Sequence record: ON568341.1
Length of the DNA: 64,000 bases
Strand: one strand, 5' to 3'
How positions within the stretch are numbered: position 1 is the stretch's first letter; each line of letters begins with the position of its first letter. The position numbers and the translations under genes are program-made. The notes under the pieces were generated by a model. That model had not been told where the DNA came from. It was given only the letters and a program-made list of their open reading frames with translations, and made no database searches. Shown here piece after piece: positions 13,860 through 23,309 of the stretch.

Positions 13860-14315
13860 ATGTTTAAAAATTTTATTGTTATTGTAGCAGTGCTTTTTGG
13901 TGTATCATATTTTATTTCCCCTGTACATGCAGAAGAACAACGACAAACAATTAAAACAATAGGTACTGGGAAAACTCCACCTAAACGCACTGCTGAAGAA
14001 TATATGCCTGAGATGCGTGAACGTTATCGCCAGACATATAGAGAAAAACATGCAAATGATAAACCAATCAAGAAACACAAATGGGAAGTCGTTAAATCAC
14101 CTTCATTTTGTGCTGGGTATGCTAAAGTAAAAGTTGAGCAACACAAAAACCAGTACTACAAAGATATGTATTATTTCTATAACTCCAGAATCTCAGACAC
14201 TGATATGATGGCAGGGAAAGTTAACAAAGAAGAGTTTCTTCAAGGTTATGATATGATGGATGATGATAAGATTATGGAATGTGTGGAAGTATATGAGAAA
14301 TACAGAGGGTTCTAA
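13860..14315 (+). CDS. hypothetical exported protein
   Basis: Signal peptide ending PVHA; two Cys. Confidence 0.8.
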   Translation: MFKNFIVIVAVLFGVSYFISPVHAEEQRQTIKTIGTGKTPPKRTAEEYMPEMRERYRQTYREKHANDKPIKKHKWEVVKSPSFCAGYAKVKVEQHKNQYYKDMYYFYNSRISDTDMMAGKVNKEEFLQGYDMMDDDKIMECVEVYEKYRGF

Positions 14316-14788
14316 TGATAACAATGGTATTATTTTCAAGCCCGTTTGCTTATTTTATTCTGTATAATATTTTTAGTAATGCTCATCATTTTAAATACGC
14401 ACAAACAATTGCAAAACATGAAGGATTTTGGAATTTTTTCCCAGCGTTATTATGTTCCTACCAATATCATGAACGCTATTTTATATTTCCAGAATATCAA
14501 AAATATGGATATGATTCTAAAGTAAATGCACTAATTGAGTACTGTACACGAAACTATTTGAATAATAGTAATGATAATGTTCAGATACTAATAGGGAATG
14601 GAAGGATTCCAAGAATAGTTTTTATATCTGATATACAAGACCCGATTTACTTATATCTATATGAATATTGTATCAAGGCTGGTGGTTCTATGCACGGAAG
14701 TAGGTCCATGTATGAATACTTCATATTGCCACCAACGCATATCAGGCTAATAGAAAAATACTTAAAAAATATTGACAAAAATGATTAG
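14315..14788 (+). CDS. hypothetical membrane-anchored protein
   Basis: Hydrophobic N-terminus. Confidence 0.75.
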   Translation: MITMVLFSSPFAYFILYNIFSNAHHFKYAQTIAKHEGFWNFFPALLCSYQYHERYFIFPEYQKYGYDSKVNALIEYCTRNYLNNSNDNVQILIGNGRIPRIVFISDIQDPIYLYLYEYCIKAGGSMHGSRSMYEYFILPPTHIRLIEKYLKNIDKND

Positions 14789-14832
14789 TAGTATTATAAT
14801 CATAATACCATCTAACCAAAGAGGAATGGAAA

Positions 14833-15291
14833 ATGGACGTATTAGCTACCAACTTCAAACGCAATACTGAAGAACGTGAAGGGTATCTTAGTATTAATGA
14901 TGTTGTTGCCGACAATTTTAAACAATACATTTTTAATAGTGCAATTAAATTAAAATGCACAAAAGATGCACCTGACCGTAGTTTTACTAAATGGATTGCA
15001 TACTGGGAAGATTCCCCTGTTGCAATTGAAATGACAGTCATTACTACTGTTCTTGAAACTGGTTACATTAAAGCAATTGTAGTTGATAAAAAAGTTCACA
15101 CACTAGATGAAATTAATCCATATCCTGCACGAAATTCTAAAGTTTTTGGTGTATTAGTTGATGGTAAATTTATGGTAGAAAAAGATGCAAAAGAATATGT
15201 AATTAACAAACTTCAATCTACGGCAGAAAAAAAAGAAGTGGTGGACCAAAATTCAGTGGATGCAATTAAAAAAGCATGGGGATTGAACTAA
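14833..15291 (+). CDS. hypothetical protein
   Basis: SD GAGG. Confidence 0.85.
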   Translation: MDVLATNFKRNTEEREGYLSINDVVADNFKQYIFNSAIKLKCTKDAPDRSFTKWIAYWEDSPVAIEMTVITTVLETGYIKAIVVDKKVHTLDEINPYPARNSKVFGVLVDGKFMVEKDAKEYVINKLQSTAEKKEVVDQNSVDAIKKAWGLN

Positions 15292-15292
15292 T

Positions 15293-15712
15293 ATGTTCAC
15301 ACTAAGTAATACAAAATATCTTTTTCTTATTAGTATTATTGGTTGGGTTATGGCTCCAGTGCTAAATGCACTGGGGTTTTCAGATGAACACAAACTTGTC
15401 ATCGTTTCAGGCGTAATTCAGGGTATTTCATGGTATACATTGATTATATTTTCAGTGTGTATCAATACCTTTGCCCGTGATTATCGACGTTTTTTATATC
15501 TGAAAGTATTCGGTACTACGCGATACAGTTTTGTTTATACTTTTATTTTAGTACCGTGCATGTTATATGCATTTGTATTTGATTACTATACATACCTATG
15601 GGTATGTGGAACTATGTTTGTCATGTTAGAATACATCAGAACAGTACAAAACTCATATGCTGACGAGTATTATGATTTAGAAGTTAAACGACAATTAACG
15701 GAGATAAACTAA
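15293..15712 (+). CDS. hypothetical membrane protein (about 4 TM)
   Basis: Four hydrophobic stretches. Confidence 0.8.
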   Translation: MFTLSNTKYLFLISIIGWVMAPVLNALGFSDEHKLVIVSGVIQGISWYTLIIFSVCINTFARDYRRFLYLKVFGTTRYSFVYTFILVPCMLYAFVFDYYTYLWVCGTMFVMLEYIRTVQNSYADEYYDLEVKRQLTEIN

Positions 15713-16137
15713 TGAGAGCGTATAATAAGATTTGTATTTTTGTATTTTTAGTTTGTGCATTCAATTCATTTGGATACTACTGCGTTGAAAACAACATTTC
15801 ATATGGTTTAAATCCGTTATGGTTTTCAATTGCCAATGTAGTTCAAATTGGTATTGCTGTCATGTCCGCACTTATGTTCTGTCCAATTGTCACGATAGAT
15901 AGTGAATATGAAAAGCTTGGATTTCTACGTGATACGGGAGATGAACCTTACAATAGATTGATCGTATTGTATCCATTTTTAATGATGTTAGGTATTAATA
16001 TTCAACTAGGTGCAACAACCAACAGTATTACATCAGCAGCCATTGCTGTATTTGCATTCACATTTTTAACGATTCACCGCTCTATAAGTCATTGGTACAT
16101 TGCAAAAATGGCAGAGGAAGGTACTCAAAATACTTGA
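15712..16137 (+). CDS. hypothetical membrane protein (about 4 TM)
   Basis: Four hydrophobic stretches. Confidence 0.8.
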   Translation: MRAYNKICIFVFLVCAFNSFGYYCVENNISYGLNPLWFSIANVVQIGIAVMSALMFCPIVTIDSEYEKLGFLRDTGDEPYNRLIVLYPFLMMLGINIQLGATTNSITSAAIAVFAFTFLTIHRSISHWYIAKMAEEGTQNT

Positions 16138-16199
16138 CATAATTTAGTATTTTATATATAATTATTTCATAAAAAAAAAGAAATTTGAGTGAGGAACTT

Positions 16200-16451
16200 A
16201 TGAACATTGATAAGGTCAAAGAAATTAGTGCTGCACTAATTAAAAATGAAGAGGTTTGTGAAGAACTTCGCAGTACTATCAAATTTGAGTACGCGAGATT
16301 GCAAAGTATGCTTCAAGAATCTGAATGGGTAGTAACTAAATCTATCGAAGCAATCTATAAGGATATCGAATCCCTTTTCAACAAGAAAAGTAAGATTGAA
16401 TCTGATTCATACAATAAGCGTAAAGAATTAAATTCGGCACTCGGTATTTAA
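16200..16451 (+). CDS. hypothetical coiled-coil protein
   Basis: SD GAGG; start moved to ATG 16200. Confidence 0.8.
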   Translation: MNIDKVKEISAALIKNEEVCEELRSTIKFEYARLQSMLQESEWVVTKSIEAIYKDIESLFNKKSKIESDSYNKRKELNSALGI

Positions 16452-16525
16452 AATTCATTTGACATAATAAAAAACATGGAGTACAATGTACTCCTAATTT
16501 AATTATAAGATAAAAGGAAATAGTT

Positions 16526-16795
16526 GTGAAATCTATTCTTGTAGCAGTTAATCTCATTGCTTCCCCATCTTTTAACTTCAAAAAAGTTGTTGCTGATAAT
16601 CTGAAGAAGATCTGCCCAAACGCTGAATTGACTTTTTGTGTGTTTGATTCAGAAAAAGTAACTAAAGTTGATTTGAACTATATTTTGAACGATGTACAAT
16701 GTATTTCAGGTGAAAGCAACTTAAAAGTTCTTCGTGAGATTGCAGACGATTATGATGACACTTTAGTAATTTCGGAGAAAATCCAAATCAAATGA
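16526..16795 (+). CDS. hypothetical protein
   Basis: GTG start, SD AAGGA. Confidence 0.75.
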   Translation: MKSILVAVNLIASPSFNFKKVVADNLKKICPNAELTFCVFDSEKVTKVDLNYILNDVQCISGESNLKVLREIADDYDDTLVISEKIQIK

Positions 16796-17211
16796 TTAGA
16801 TTCATTCAGTACTTAATCATTAAATTTTTTGGCTGTTATACGATTGAAGGAAAAGCCACACTTGCACATAAAATTTTTGTAGCATTATGTACAGGTGATT
16901 ATGACGTATTGAATAAGTACTGTAAATCTCAAGCATGTATTGATATAATGGCACTTCGTATCTATGAGTGCCAGTTCTTTAGATACAATTTTTACAAGTA
17001 CAGATTTGATAAACAAGAATTTGATAGTTTTGAAATGTTAAAAAATTTATGTAACAATAAAAAGAATATGCATATATCAGAATTTGTTGCTTTGTATTTT
17101 TATTTAAAAAGTTCATTGTTTATGAACACGAGTAAACTTTTTGATACTAGATTTAATGTATTCGAAGGTAAAGAATTTTACATATATGATAAATTCTTAG
17201 ATAAGGTGTAA
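16792..17211 (+). CDS. hypothetical protein
   Basis: ATGA overlap. Confidence 0.75.
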   Translation: MIRFIQYLIIKFFGCYTIEGKATLAHKIFVALCTGDYDVLNKYCKSQACIDIMALRIYECQFFRYNFYKYRFDKQEFDSFEMLKNLCNNKKNMHISEFVALYFYLKSSLFMNTSKLFDTRFNVFEGKEFYIYDKFLDKV

Positions 17212-17212
17212 T

Positions 17213-17710
17213 ATGACAACTGTTTATATTGATAAACGATTAAATTTGTTGATTACCGATTCTAGAGTTACATCAACTATACCACGAAACTTATTTGGTC
17301 TTTTTCCACTAAGACCAAAATATCAATATGGAGTTGTTAATCAAAAAACTTTATATGTACATGACCGTTTATTCAGTGCTAGTGGATCAGTAAGTGAAAT
17401 TGATAAAGTACTTAATTGGTTGATTAATAAAGTATCAATTATTCCTGACAGAAAATTAAGTTGTCATTGTATTTTACTTTCCAAAGATTATATCATTCAT
17501 TTGATTTTATCTAATGGTGAGTTTACTAAAAAACTTGAGTATCTACATAAAGACTACACATTCTTTATGGGAAGTGGTGGAGAATACATGATAGATGCAG
17601 CTATTCATGAAGAGTATACAACTTTATATGATAAAGTACTTAGAACTTTTATGGATGTGCATAATCATGATTGTTTCACCGATGATAATATTAATGTATA
17701 TCGTTTTTGA
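17213..17710 (+). CDS. HslV/proteasome-beta-like Ntn-hydrolase peptidase
   Basis: N-terminal MTT nucleophile, ITDSRVT, SASGS and MGSGG motifs. Confidence 0.65.
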   Translation: MTTVYIDKRLNLLITDSRVTSTIPRNLFGLFPLRPKYQYGVVNQKTLYVHDRLFSASGSVSEIDKVLNWLINKVSIIPDRKLSCHCILLSKDYIIHLILSNGEFTKKLEYLHKDYTFFMGSGGEYMIDAAIHEEYTTLYDKVLRTFMDVHNHDCFTDDNINVYRF

Positions 17711-17732
17711 TTTTTTTCATTAGGAGACGTAA

Positions 17733-18686
17733 TTGAAAAAACTAGATTTGAATGCAATTGCAGATGAAGTACTGGACGAATGTTTTTCTAATGAAGAAGT
17801 CAATACACTTGATGCATTAGATTCAGTACAAGATGAAGATAAAGTTCAAAGTAATTTCAAGTTTAATATTAGTCTTAAGCGTCCACATAATGTAACAAAT
17901 GAAGATCTAATCCGTGATATTCAAGCTGGTATCAATGTTAAGAAAAACACTGAACTATTAGTTCGTTATAATTATGGACTAATTGTTGATGTTGCAAGTA
18001 AATGCACGTGTTATATCCCATTTGAAGATAAGATATCATATGGTATTGAGGGATTCATGCGAGCACTAAAAACATTTGATCTTAGTAAGAATGTTAAGTT
18101 CGTTACATACGCATCTTCCAGCATTTATATGACAGTATACAATGAAAGTTCAGATGCCAATCATCTGGTACATTTTCCACGCTATATGAGTGTTAATAAG
18201 ATACAAGTTAAACGCTTTTGTCATGAATATGAGCGTAAGCACGGTTGTCGTCCAACACCTGAACTAATTTCAGAGGGGACGGGAATTGAAATTCAACATG
18301 TAAAGAATTGTTTGTTATTCCAAAGTGAATATACTGCATTGGATGCACCATTGGATGGTGTTTCGGATGGTACGTTAAGTGATATTCTTCATACATCTGA
18401 TTGCGATTACAATCTTAATGTTGATAGTATTCGTGCACCTTTGCGTTATGTCATTAATGATCTAACACATGAATTGAGTACGAAAGAACGTGAAATTATC
18501 CAGCGTGTTCATGGTTTAGGTGAATTTAATCCTGAATCACTTCGTGAAATTGCTGATAGTGGTTTTGTTGATGACAATGGCAAATGTGTTAAATCAAGAT
18601 CATCTGTACACCGTAAATATAGTGAAGCTATAAAAAAACTTAAGAAATTAGTACTTGAAAAAGGGTACGAATACGAAGATTTCTAA
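17733..18686 (+). CDS. phage sigma70-family RNA polymerase sigma factor
   Basis: Region 2 (NYGLIVDVASK, GIEGFMRALKTFD..KFVTYA), region 3 (PTPELISEGTG, ALD), region 4 (LSTKEREII..SLREIA..SRSSVHRK..AIKKLK); TTG start, SD AGGAG. Confidence 0.9.
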   Translation: MKKLDLNAIADEVLDECFSNEEVNTLDALDSVQDEDKVQSNFKFNISLKRPHNVTNEDLIRDIQAGINVKKNTELLVRYNYGLIVDVASKCTCYIPFEDKISYGIEGFMRALKTFDLSKNVKFVTYASSSIYMTVYNESSDANHLVHFPRYMSVNKIQVKRFCHEYERKHGCRPTPELISEGTGIEIQHVKNCLLFQSEYTALDAPLDGVSDGTLSDILHTSDCDYNLNVDSIRAPLRYVINDLTHELSTKEREIIQRVHGLGEFNPESLREIADSGFVDDNGKCVKSRSSVHRKYSEAIKKLKKLVLEKGYEYEDF

Positions 18687-18691
18687 AGAAC

Positions 18692-18720
18692 AAGGGTTGA
18701 CTTAGGTCAACCCTTTTTTT
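18692..18720 (+). terminator. GGTTGAC-GTCARCC family terminator
   Basis: AGGGTTGAC-TTAG-GTCAACCCT plus T7. Confidence 0.85.
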
Positions 18721-18721
18721 A

Positions 18722-18750
18722 TGGGACAAATTATAAAGTTATGATATACT
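18722..18750 (+). promoter_or_regulatory. TGGGACA-type promoter of large ncRNA
   Basis: GGGACA 18723-28, 16 bp ending TGA, TATACT 18745-50. Confidence 0.7.
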
Positions 18751-18756
18751 TATTAT

Positions 18757-19225
18757 GTACAATCCTGTTGAATGCAGAAATGCATATAAATGAGAACCTG
18801 ATCCTATCGAAAATGTAGATGGCAGATGAGCAGTTCAACAGTGCGATGAGCAGAAGAAACCCGTCAGATGTGGGCATAGTTTGAACCCCTCACGGCAATG
18901 CGGCTCAATAAAGAACCATGTTAGGATAGCTGATGGTTCCTTGATAGACATATAAGGATAACACCTTACGAATTATCTAAGGGAGAGTACTCAAATTTTG
19001 TACAAGAAAGTTGCGTCCAAAATTTGAGTACTCACATTAAGTATTTGATTGCATAGATACTTAATGAAGATACACTATGTTTAAAAGTGTAGACCGTCAT
19101 ATGAAACTGAAGTAGAGAGAAACAGGATGACCCGCTTTCGCACTCGTTATGAGTAATCTTCAATGCAATAGCTCTGATACCATCAGCGTCAAATTTCCCT
19201 CCGCAGTGGGGGGAAGAAAAATCAC
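18757..19225 (+). ncRNA. candidate approx 470-nt multi-stem non-coding RNA
   Basis: No ORF of 60 aa or more; perfect 16-bp stem 18985-19000/19018-19033; 13-bp stem 19035-47/19054-66; long-range GCTGATGGT 18929-37 with ACCATCAGC 19179-87; CTGTTGAA/TTCAACAG; GAAA tetraloop. Confidence 0.75.
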
Positions 19226-19348
19226 CTCCTCAAATCCCGTCAATATTAAAAGTCCTTGACAGTTATTAATCATTCGCGTAGAATACGTAGTATTAGAAGC
19301 GAACAGACATCTCGAAGAGATGGATGATTAACTATTGAGGAATTTCCA

Positions 19349-19558
19349 ATGAATTCAGTAATCTTTTTAGTAGTCGCTCTTTCAATTCAATCCGGTGTAC
19401 AAATTACCCCAATGAACTCAATGAACCAATGTTTTTCAGTACGTGACAGTACTTATGAACAAGTAAACCACATGTCACTTATGACAGTTAGTAAAGAAAG
19501 TATGTGGTGTTACAATAGTAATACTAACACAAAGCTTATTGTAGGACAAAATCAATGA
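19349..19558 (+). CDS. small exported two-Cys protein
   Basis: Signal-like N-terminus; own promoter TTGACA-17-TAGAAT at 19256. Confidence 0.75.
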   Translation: MNSVIFLVVALSIQSGVQITPMNSMNQCFSVRDSTYEQVNHMSLMTVSKESMWCYNSNTNTKLIVGQNQ

Positions 19559-19785
19559 GTTATGGTGTTCGTTTTGAGATTCGTTCTATTATTATCAATG
19601 GCGAGAAACAAGCATCGTTGGATGGAGATATACGAGAAAAATATCTATCATGTATCCGTGCAAAATCTGAAGCAGATGCATTAGCACAAATGTATAGTTT
19701 TAACTTTTTTCATGGATACCATTTGGTACGAGTTATCGAAGTTACAAAAATAATTATAGATTGTAGCATGGAAGGATTAATGTAA
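19555..19785 (+). CDS. hypothetical protein
   Basis: IRAKSEADA motif shared with 23824/24049/24260. Confidence 0.75.
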   Translation: MSYGVRFEIRSIIINGEKQASLDGDIREKYLSCIRAKSEADALAQMYSFNFFHGYHLVRVIEVTKIIIDCSMEGLM

Positions 19786-19786
19786 A

Positions 19787-20575
19787 ATGAGCACTATAGA
19801 TGAACTGATTCGACGGAATTCAAAATACTACAAACCATCAGAAATTGTAGGTAACATTACCAAATCAGAGTTTGGTCCAAATACTCGAAAACTAATTCAT
19901 GTAATGTCACGTGATGGCTTTAAATGTGATTGTTGTGGTGAATCCAATGTGGTATTCACTTTGCATAAGCACAGTACTAAAGACCGTTATAAATTCAGAC
20001 CTTATGTACTTAAAGGGAAACGCCTTGTACGCATGACGTTAGACCATAATGTACTGGACTGTCTTCAGGGTGGTAATGATAAAGAGAACATGACTGCATT
20101 ATGTGAAGATTGTAACGCATTACGCCAACATAAGTTTGCTGAGTACAGTGAGTTTAAACACTGGTATCATAATGCGGAACGTTCAATCGAGCCGGACGTT
20201 AACTACTGCTTCATTGAGTACATTAAGAATGCTAAAGATACATATATTCTTAAATCTATGGAACCAATTACCGTGTTTCCAATGAACCTATTCACTACAT
20301 TAAAGAATAGTTTTATGGTAGGTGATATTGATGCATTCAAGTATTTTGACAAAGGTGCAAAACATTTTGAAGTTCAATGTCTTAGTACTGCACTATGTGA
20401 ACTTATTAAAATTTACATAAAAGATTATTTGGGTATTGACAATGTACGCGTACCAGAGTATACTTTTTCTATTGATTTCGATTGTGAATCAATCAAAGAG
20501 TTTGGGATTCTTTTCAATAAACAAATAGAACTTGCAATTCAAAACGAAATCAAGTACTATAATACTAACATTTAA
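19787..20575 (+). CDS. HNH endonuclease with CxxC zinc ligands
   Basis: CDCCG..MTLDH..GGNDKENMTALCEDCN. Confidence 0.85.
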   Translation: MSTIDELIRRNSKYYKPSEIVGNITKSEFGPNTRKLIHVMSRDGFKCDCCGESNVVFTLHKHSTKDRYKFRPYVLKGKRLVRMTLDHNVLDCLQGGNDKENMTALCEDCNALRQHKFAEYSEFKHWYHNAERSIEPDVNYCFIEYIKNAKDTYILKSMEPITVFPMNLFTTLKNSFMVGDIDAFKYFDKGAKHFEVQCLSTALCELIKIYIKDYLGIDNVRVPEYTFSIDFDCESIKEFGILFNKQIELAIQNEIKYYNTNI

Positions 20576-20590
20576 TCAGAGGAAATTATT

Positions 20591-20773
20591 ATGCAAATCA
20601 TCATTCTTATCGTAGGTATCATTCTTGGTGTATATGGTCACTCCTGGATGAACGAGAAGTTCCCTAATACCCGTCCTGAGTATTGCAGTACTAATGTATT
20701 TCAGAATGGTGAGAAACCAAAGGAAAGTATTGGTAAAAAGCTGGACAAAGTACTTGATGTGATCAATGAATAA
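20591..20773 (+). CDS. small membrane protein
   Basis: N-terminal TM, SD GAGG. Confidence 0.75.
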   Translation: MQIIILIVGIILGVYGHSWMNEKFPNTRPEYCSTNVFQNGEKPKESIGKKLDKVLDVINE

Positions 20774-20984
20774 GGGCCATAAAATGTTTAAACCGAATTC
20801 AAATGTTGGTAAGAAAGTCCAATTACTTGAAGATGTATCCACTATGAGTGGAACCTTCACTAAAGGCCACATCATGACTATTATTGCCGAAACATCCCGT
20901 GGTTGGGACTTGGAAGATGCTGATGGTAATCGCATCCTTGAGGCTGGTTTTTATGGTCATCGTGAATATAAAATCATCGATTAA
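20766..20984 (+). CDS. hypothetical protein
   Basis: ORF in gene run. Confidence 0.8.
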   Translation: MNKGHKMFKPNSNVGKKVQLLEDVSTMSGTFTKGHIMTIIAETSRGWDLEDADGNRILEAGFYGHREYKIID

Positions 20985-20993
20985 GGATATAAA

Positions 20994-21077
20994 ATGATGT
21001 TAGAGGCTATCTTTGGTATTGTCAGTTTAGTCATCTGTGTTGGTTGGTTTGGGTATCTGATGATTTTTGGTGATTAA
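20994..21077 (+). CDS. 27-aa single-TM peptide
   Basis: MMLEAIFGIVSLVICVGWFGYLMIFGD; SD AAGGA. Confidence 0.6.
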   Translation: MMLEAIFGIVSLVICVGWFGYLMIFGD

Positions 21078-21080
21078 TAC

Positions 21081-21108
21081 TTGACATAAGATATCAGTAC
21101 TGTATAAT
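21081..21108 (+). promoter_or_regulatory. sigma70-like promoter with CAGTACTG box
   Basis: TTGACA-16-TATAAT. Confidence 0.8.
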
Positions 21109-21138
21109 GTTTATATCAAACGAAATCCACTTTAACAA

Positions 21139-21432
21139 ATGATAGGAAATATTATGTCTTTTTCTAAAGAAGAACGTGACCTTATTAAAAAAGCAATCTG
21201 GTTTTATGCTAATGAAGGGAAGTGCGATGAAGAAAAAGCACGTGAACTGTGTAATATCTTTGAGAAGAAACAAGATCTGAAAGTGTATCGTATCCGTGAT
21301 TTGGATGAAGGGGATCGTATTGTCCTAGCTGAAACAAAAGAAGAAGCAGAACAAATCTTCACTGATAAAAACGAAAATCCACATTGGATGGAAGAAGTCT
21401 GTGATGTTAAAAAAGGTACTTATATCGATTGA
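21139..21432 (+). CDS. hypothetical protein
   Basis: Start at 21139 or 21154. Confidence 0.8.
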   Translation: MIGNIMSFSKEERDLIKKAIWFYANEGKCDEEKARELCNIFEKKQDLKVYRIRDLDEGDRIVLAETKEEAEQIFTDKNENPHWMEEVCDVKKGTYID

Positions 21433-21549
21433 CAGAACTGAATAATAGCAGTATAATGTTTATATCAAAGGGAATGCAGTGAAAGGAAAGACAGCATAAT
21501 CGTACTCGTCACTGCGTTTCCAACCTATTAATTAAATGAGGAATTAACT

Positions 21550-21858
21550 ATGTTTCAAACTAACACTCAAGGTTTTGTAATCATAGATTTGAATCAAAAC
21601 AGCGGTTATTGGATGAAACCTACTGACGCATGTATGCAGTTTGATTTCTTAGGTTACAGAATTAGTGTAAGTACTGGTGCTTCTGTACTGAGAGGTGGTT
21701 GTATCGTTGAACATCTGGTAACTGATCCAGAAGGTCGTGAGTATGAAATCGCAGGTTCAGTACAAGATGCCATTATGTTTGTATGTCAGCGTGAAATGAA
21801 TGGTTCGAATTCAAATGCACTGACTCATGCTCTTTCTCAAGAAGTGGAGATTCGTTAA
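21550..21858 (+). CDS. hypothetical protein
   Basis: SD GAGG; promoter at 21429 and leader hairpin GGAATGCAGTGA/TCACTGCGTTTCC. Confidence 0.85.
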   Translation: MFQTNTQGFVIIDLNQNSGYWMKPTDACMQFDFLGYRISVSTGASVLRGGCIVEHLVTDPEGREYEIAGSVQDAIMFVCQREMNGSNSNALTHALSQEVEIR

Positions 21859-22109
21859 TGAAATACATTGTAGCAGTACTCGTCGCATTTTTACTCACTG
21901 CATGTGATGCTTCAACCAAAGAACGCACAAGTGATTTTGAACTCCCTACTGAATTAAAAGAAGCAGGATGTAAGATTTATCGTATGCAACAGGAAGGTGC
22001 TGGTGCAACGTTGTATACAGTTTATTGTCCTAATGCAAACACCAGTACTGGATACACTAGTGGAAAAACACGAATCAACACTTCAGTGATTAATGGAGTA
22101 CAACAATGA
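21858..22109 (+). CDS. putative lipoprotein
   Basis: Lipobox LTAC after hydrophobic signal. Confidence 0.8.
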   Translation: MKYIVAVLVAFLLTACDASTKERTSDFELPTELKEAGCKIYRMQQEGAGATLYTVYCPNANTSTGYTSGKTRINTSVINGVQQ

Positions 22110-22474
22110 GCCTTGATACAACCCGTGCAACAGATTTATTAACTCGTCTGAATGATGAAGAGTATCTTGCTGAAATAAAATACAAGCTTGATAAACTGGT
22201 TCGAAGTGCTGAAGTAATTGAAGTTGAAGGTCACTTACCAATGGATCAATTCCATACGTTCAACGAAGATATGGTTTATTATCCTAATGAAATTTGGATT
22301 GAGTGGCAACATTGGACTGGTAAAACACTACGTATTGAAGGGTATTGTGTGAAGTATGAACGTGATCCTGGTTATGTGACAAAAACTTTGTCAATTTGGT
22401 GTACAAAAACACATGAACTCGTTGAGGTGAATTTGAATTATATGAATGGCTTCCGTTGGGGTGATGTTAAATGA
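22106..22474 (+). CDS. hypothetical protein
   Basis: ATGA overlap. Confidence 0.8.
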   Translation: MSLDTTRATDLLTRLNDEEYLAEIKYKLDKLVRSAEVIEVEGHLPMDQFHTFNEDMVYYPNEIWIEWQHWTGKTLRIEGYCVKYERDPGYVTKTLSIWCTKTHELVEVNLNYMNGFRWGDVK

Positions 22475-22746
22475 TTAAAAAACTCTTGACGGTGTTCTTT
22501 GTATTCAGTATAATGTTTCTTACCGCATGTAATGACGATGGCACGTTAAGTGCAAAAGACTTAGCTCGATATGATTGTACATTCACAGGTAAGTCTTTTA
22601 TTAACGAATATGAAATATGTACACAAGCAGGACGTATCTGTGGTGGTTGGGAGAAACGTCAAGAGAAGTTGTATGTATACGAATGTCCCGGAAAACACAA
22701 TAAAGTTCTAAGTAAACAAAAACTTGTTTATGATAAGGTTGAATAA
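22471..22746 (+). CDS. putative lipoprotein
   Basis: Lipobox LTAC; four further Cys. Confidence 0.8.
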   Translation: MIKKLLTVFFVFSIMFLTACNDDGTLSAKDLARYDCTFTGKSFINEYEICTQAGRICGGWEKRQEKLYVYECPGKHNKVLSKQKLVYDKVE

Positions 22747-22961
22747 TGACTACCAATGAAATGATGCAGGTTATTTGGGATAAAGGATGTGATATTAAAA
22801 TCACTAGCACTGATGTTCGTGTGTTCAAAACTGAATACCTAGAGTACTTGGACCTTGATACTTATAATAATATTGTATCAATTGAACACAAAGGTGCAGT
22901 ACTTGAAACTATTGATGTGGTTCTGAAGAAAGCAACAGACCTATTAGGTGCGTCAGTGTGA
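22746..22961 (+). CDS. hypothetical protein
   Basis: Overlapping stop-start. Confidence 0.8.
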   Translation: MTTNEMMQVIWDKGCDIKITSTDVRVFKTEYLEYLDLDTYNNIVSIEHKGAVLETIDVVLKKATDLLGASV

Positions 22962-23103
22962 ATAATAAAGAGTGGGAAGAATATAGAAAAAATGCCGAGA
23001 GTTTGATAAAGAACTAACTGGTACTATTAATGCAATAATGGGTGTATCTGTTTTTATTGCAGTTGTGTCATTATTTTCTGTTATTATTAATAAATTTTTA
23101 TAG
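22958..23103 (+). pseudogene. small membrane-protein gene interrupted by frameshift in an A6 run
   Basis: One extra A at 22987-92 would join NNKEWEEYRK to KCREFDKELTG..VFIAVVSLFSVIINKFL. Confidence 0.45.
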
Positions 23104-23111
23104 GAACTCCC

Positions 23112-23309
23112 ATGTTTACTTTATATCTTGCAGTGGTTCTTACTAATGGTGACATAACTCGAACTATTGGTGAAGGTGTATATAAAACTCCTGAGCAATG
23201 TTACTCTGCTACACATTGGCCTCGTGATAGTGATGATACTCGTACCGAATTTAAATGCATGAAAGTAAAAGGTGATTTTGTTAACCTTAAAGTTATCGAG
23301 GCTAAATGA
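23112..23309 (+). CDS. small exported two-Cys protein
   Basis: Resembles 19349 (hydrophobic start, xxQC..C). Confidence 0.75.
   Translation: MFTLYLAVVLTNGDITRTIGEGVYKTPEQCYSATHWPRDSDDTRTEFKCMKVKGDFVNLKVIEAK

Noticed and set aside
18757-19225. tmRNA, RNase P RNA or self-splicing intron identity for the large RNA
   Set aside because: No GGGG..TCCACCA tRNA-like ends or tag ORF, no RNase P P4 consensus, and it does not interrupt a gene.
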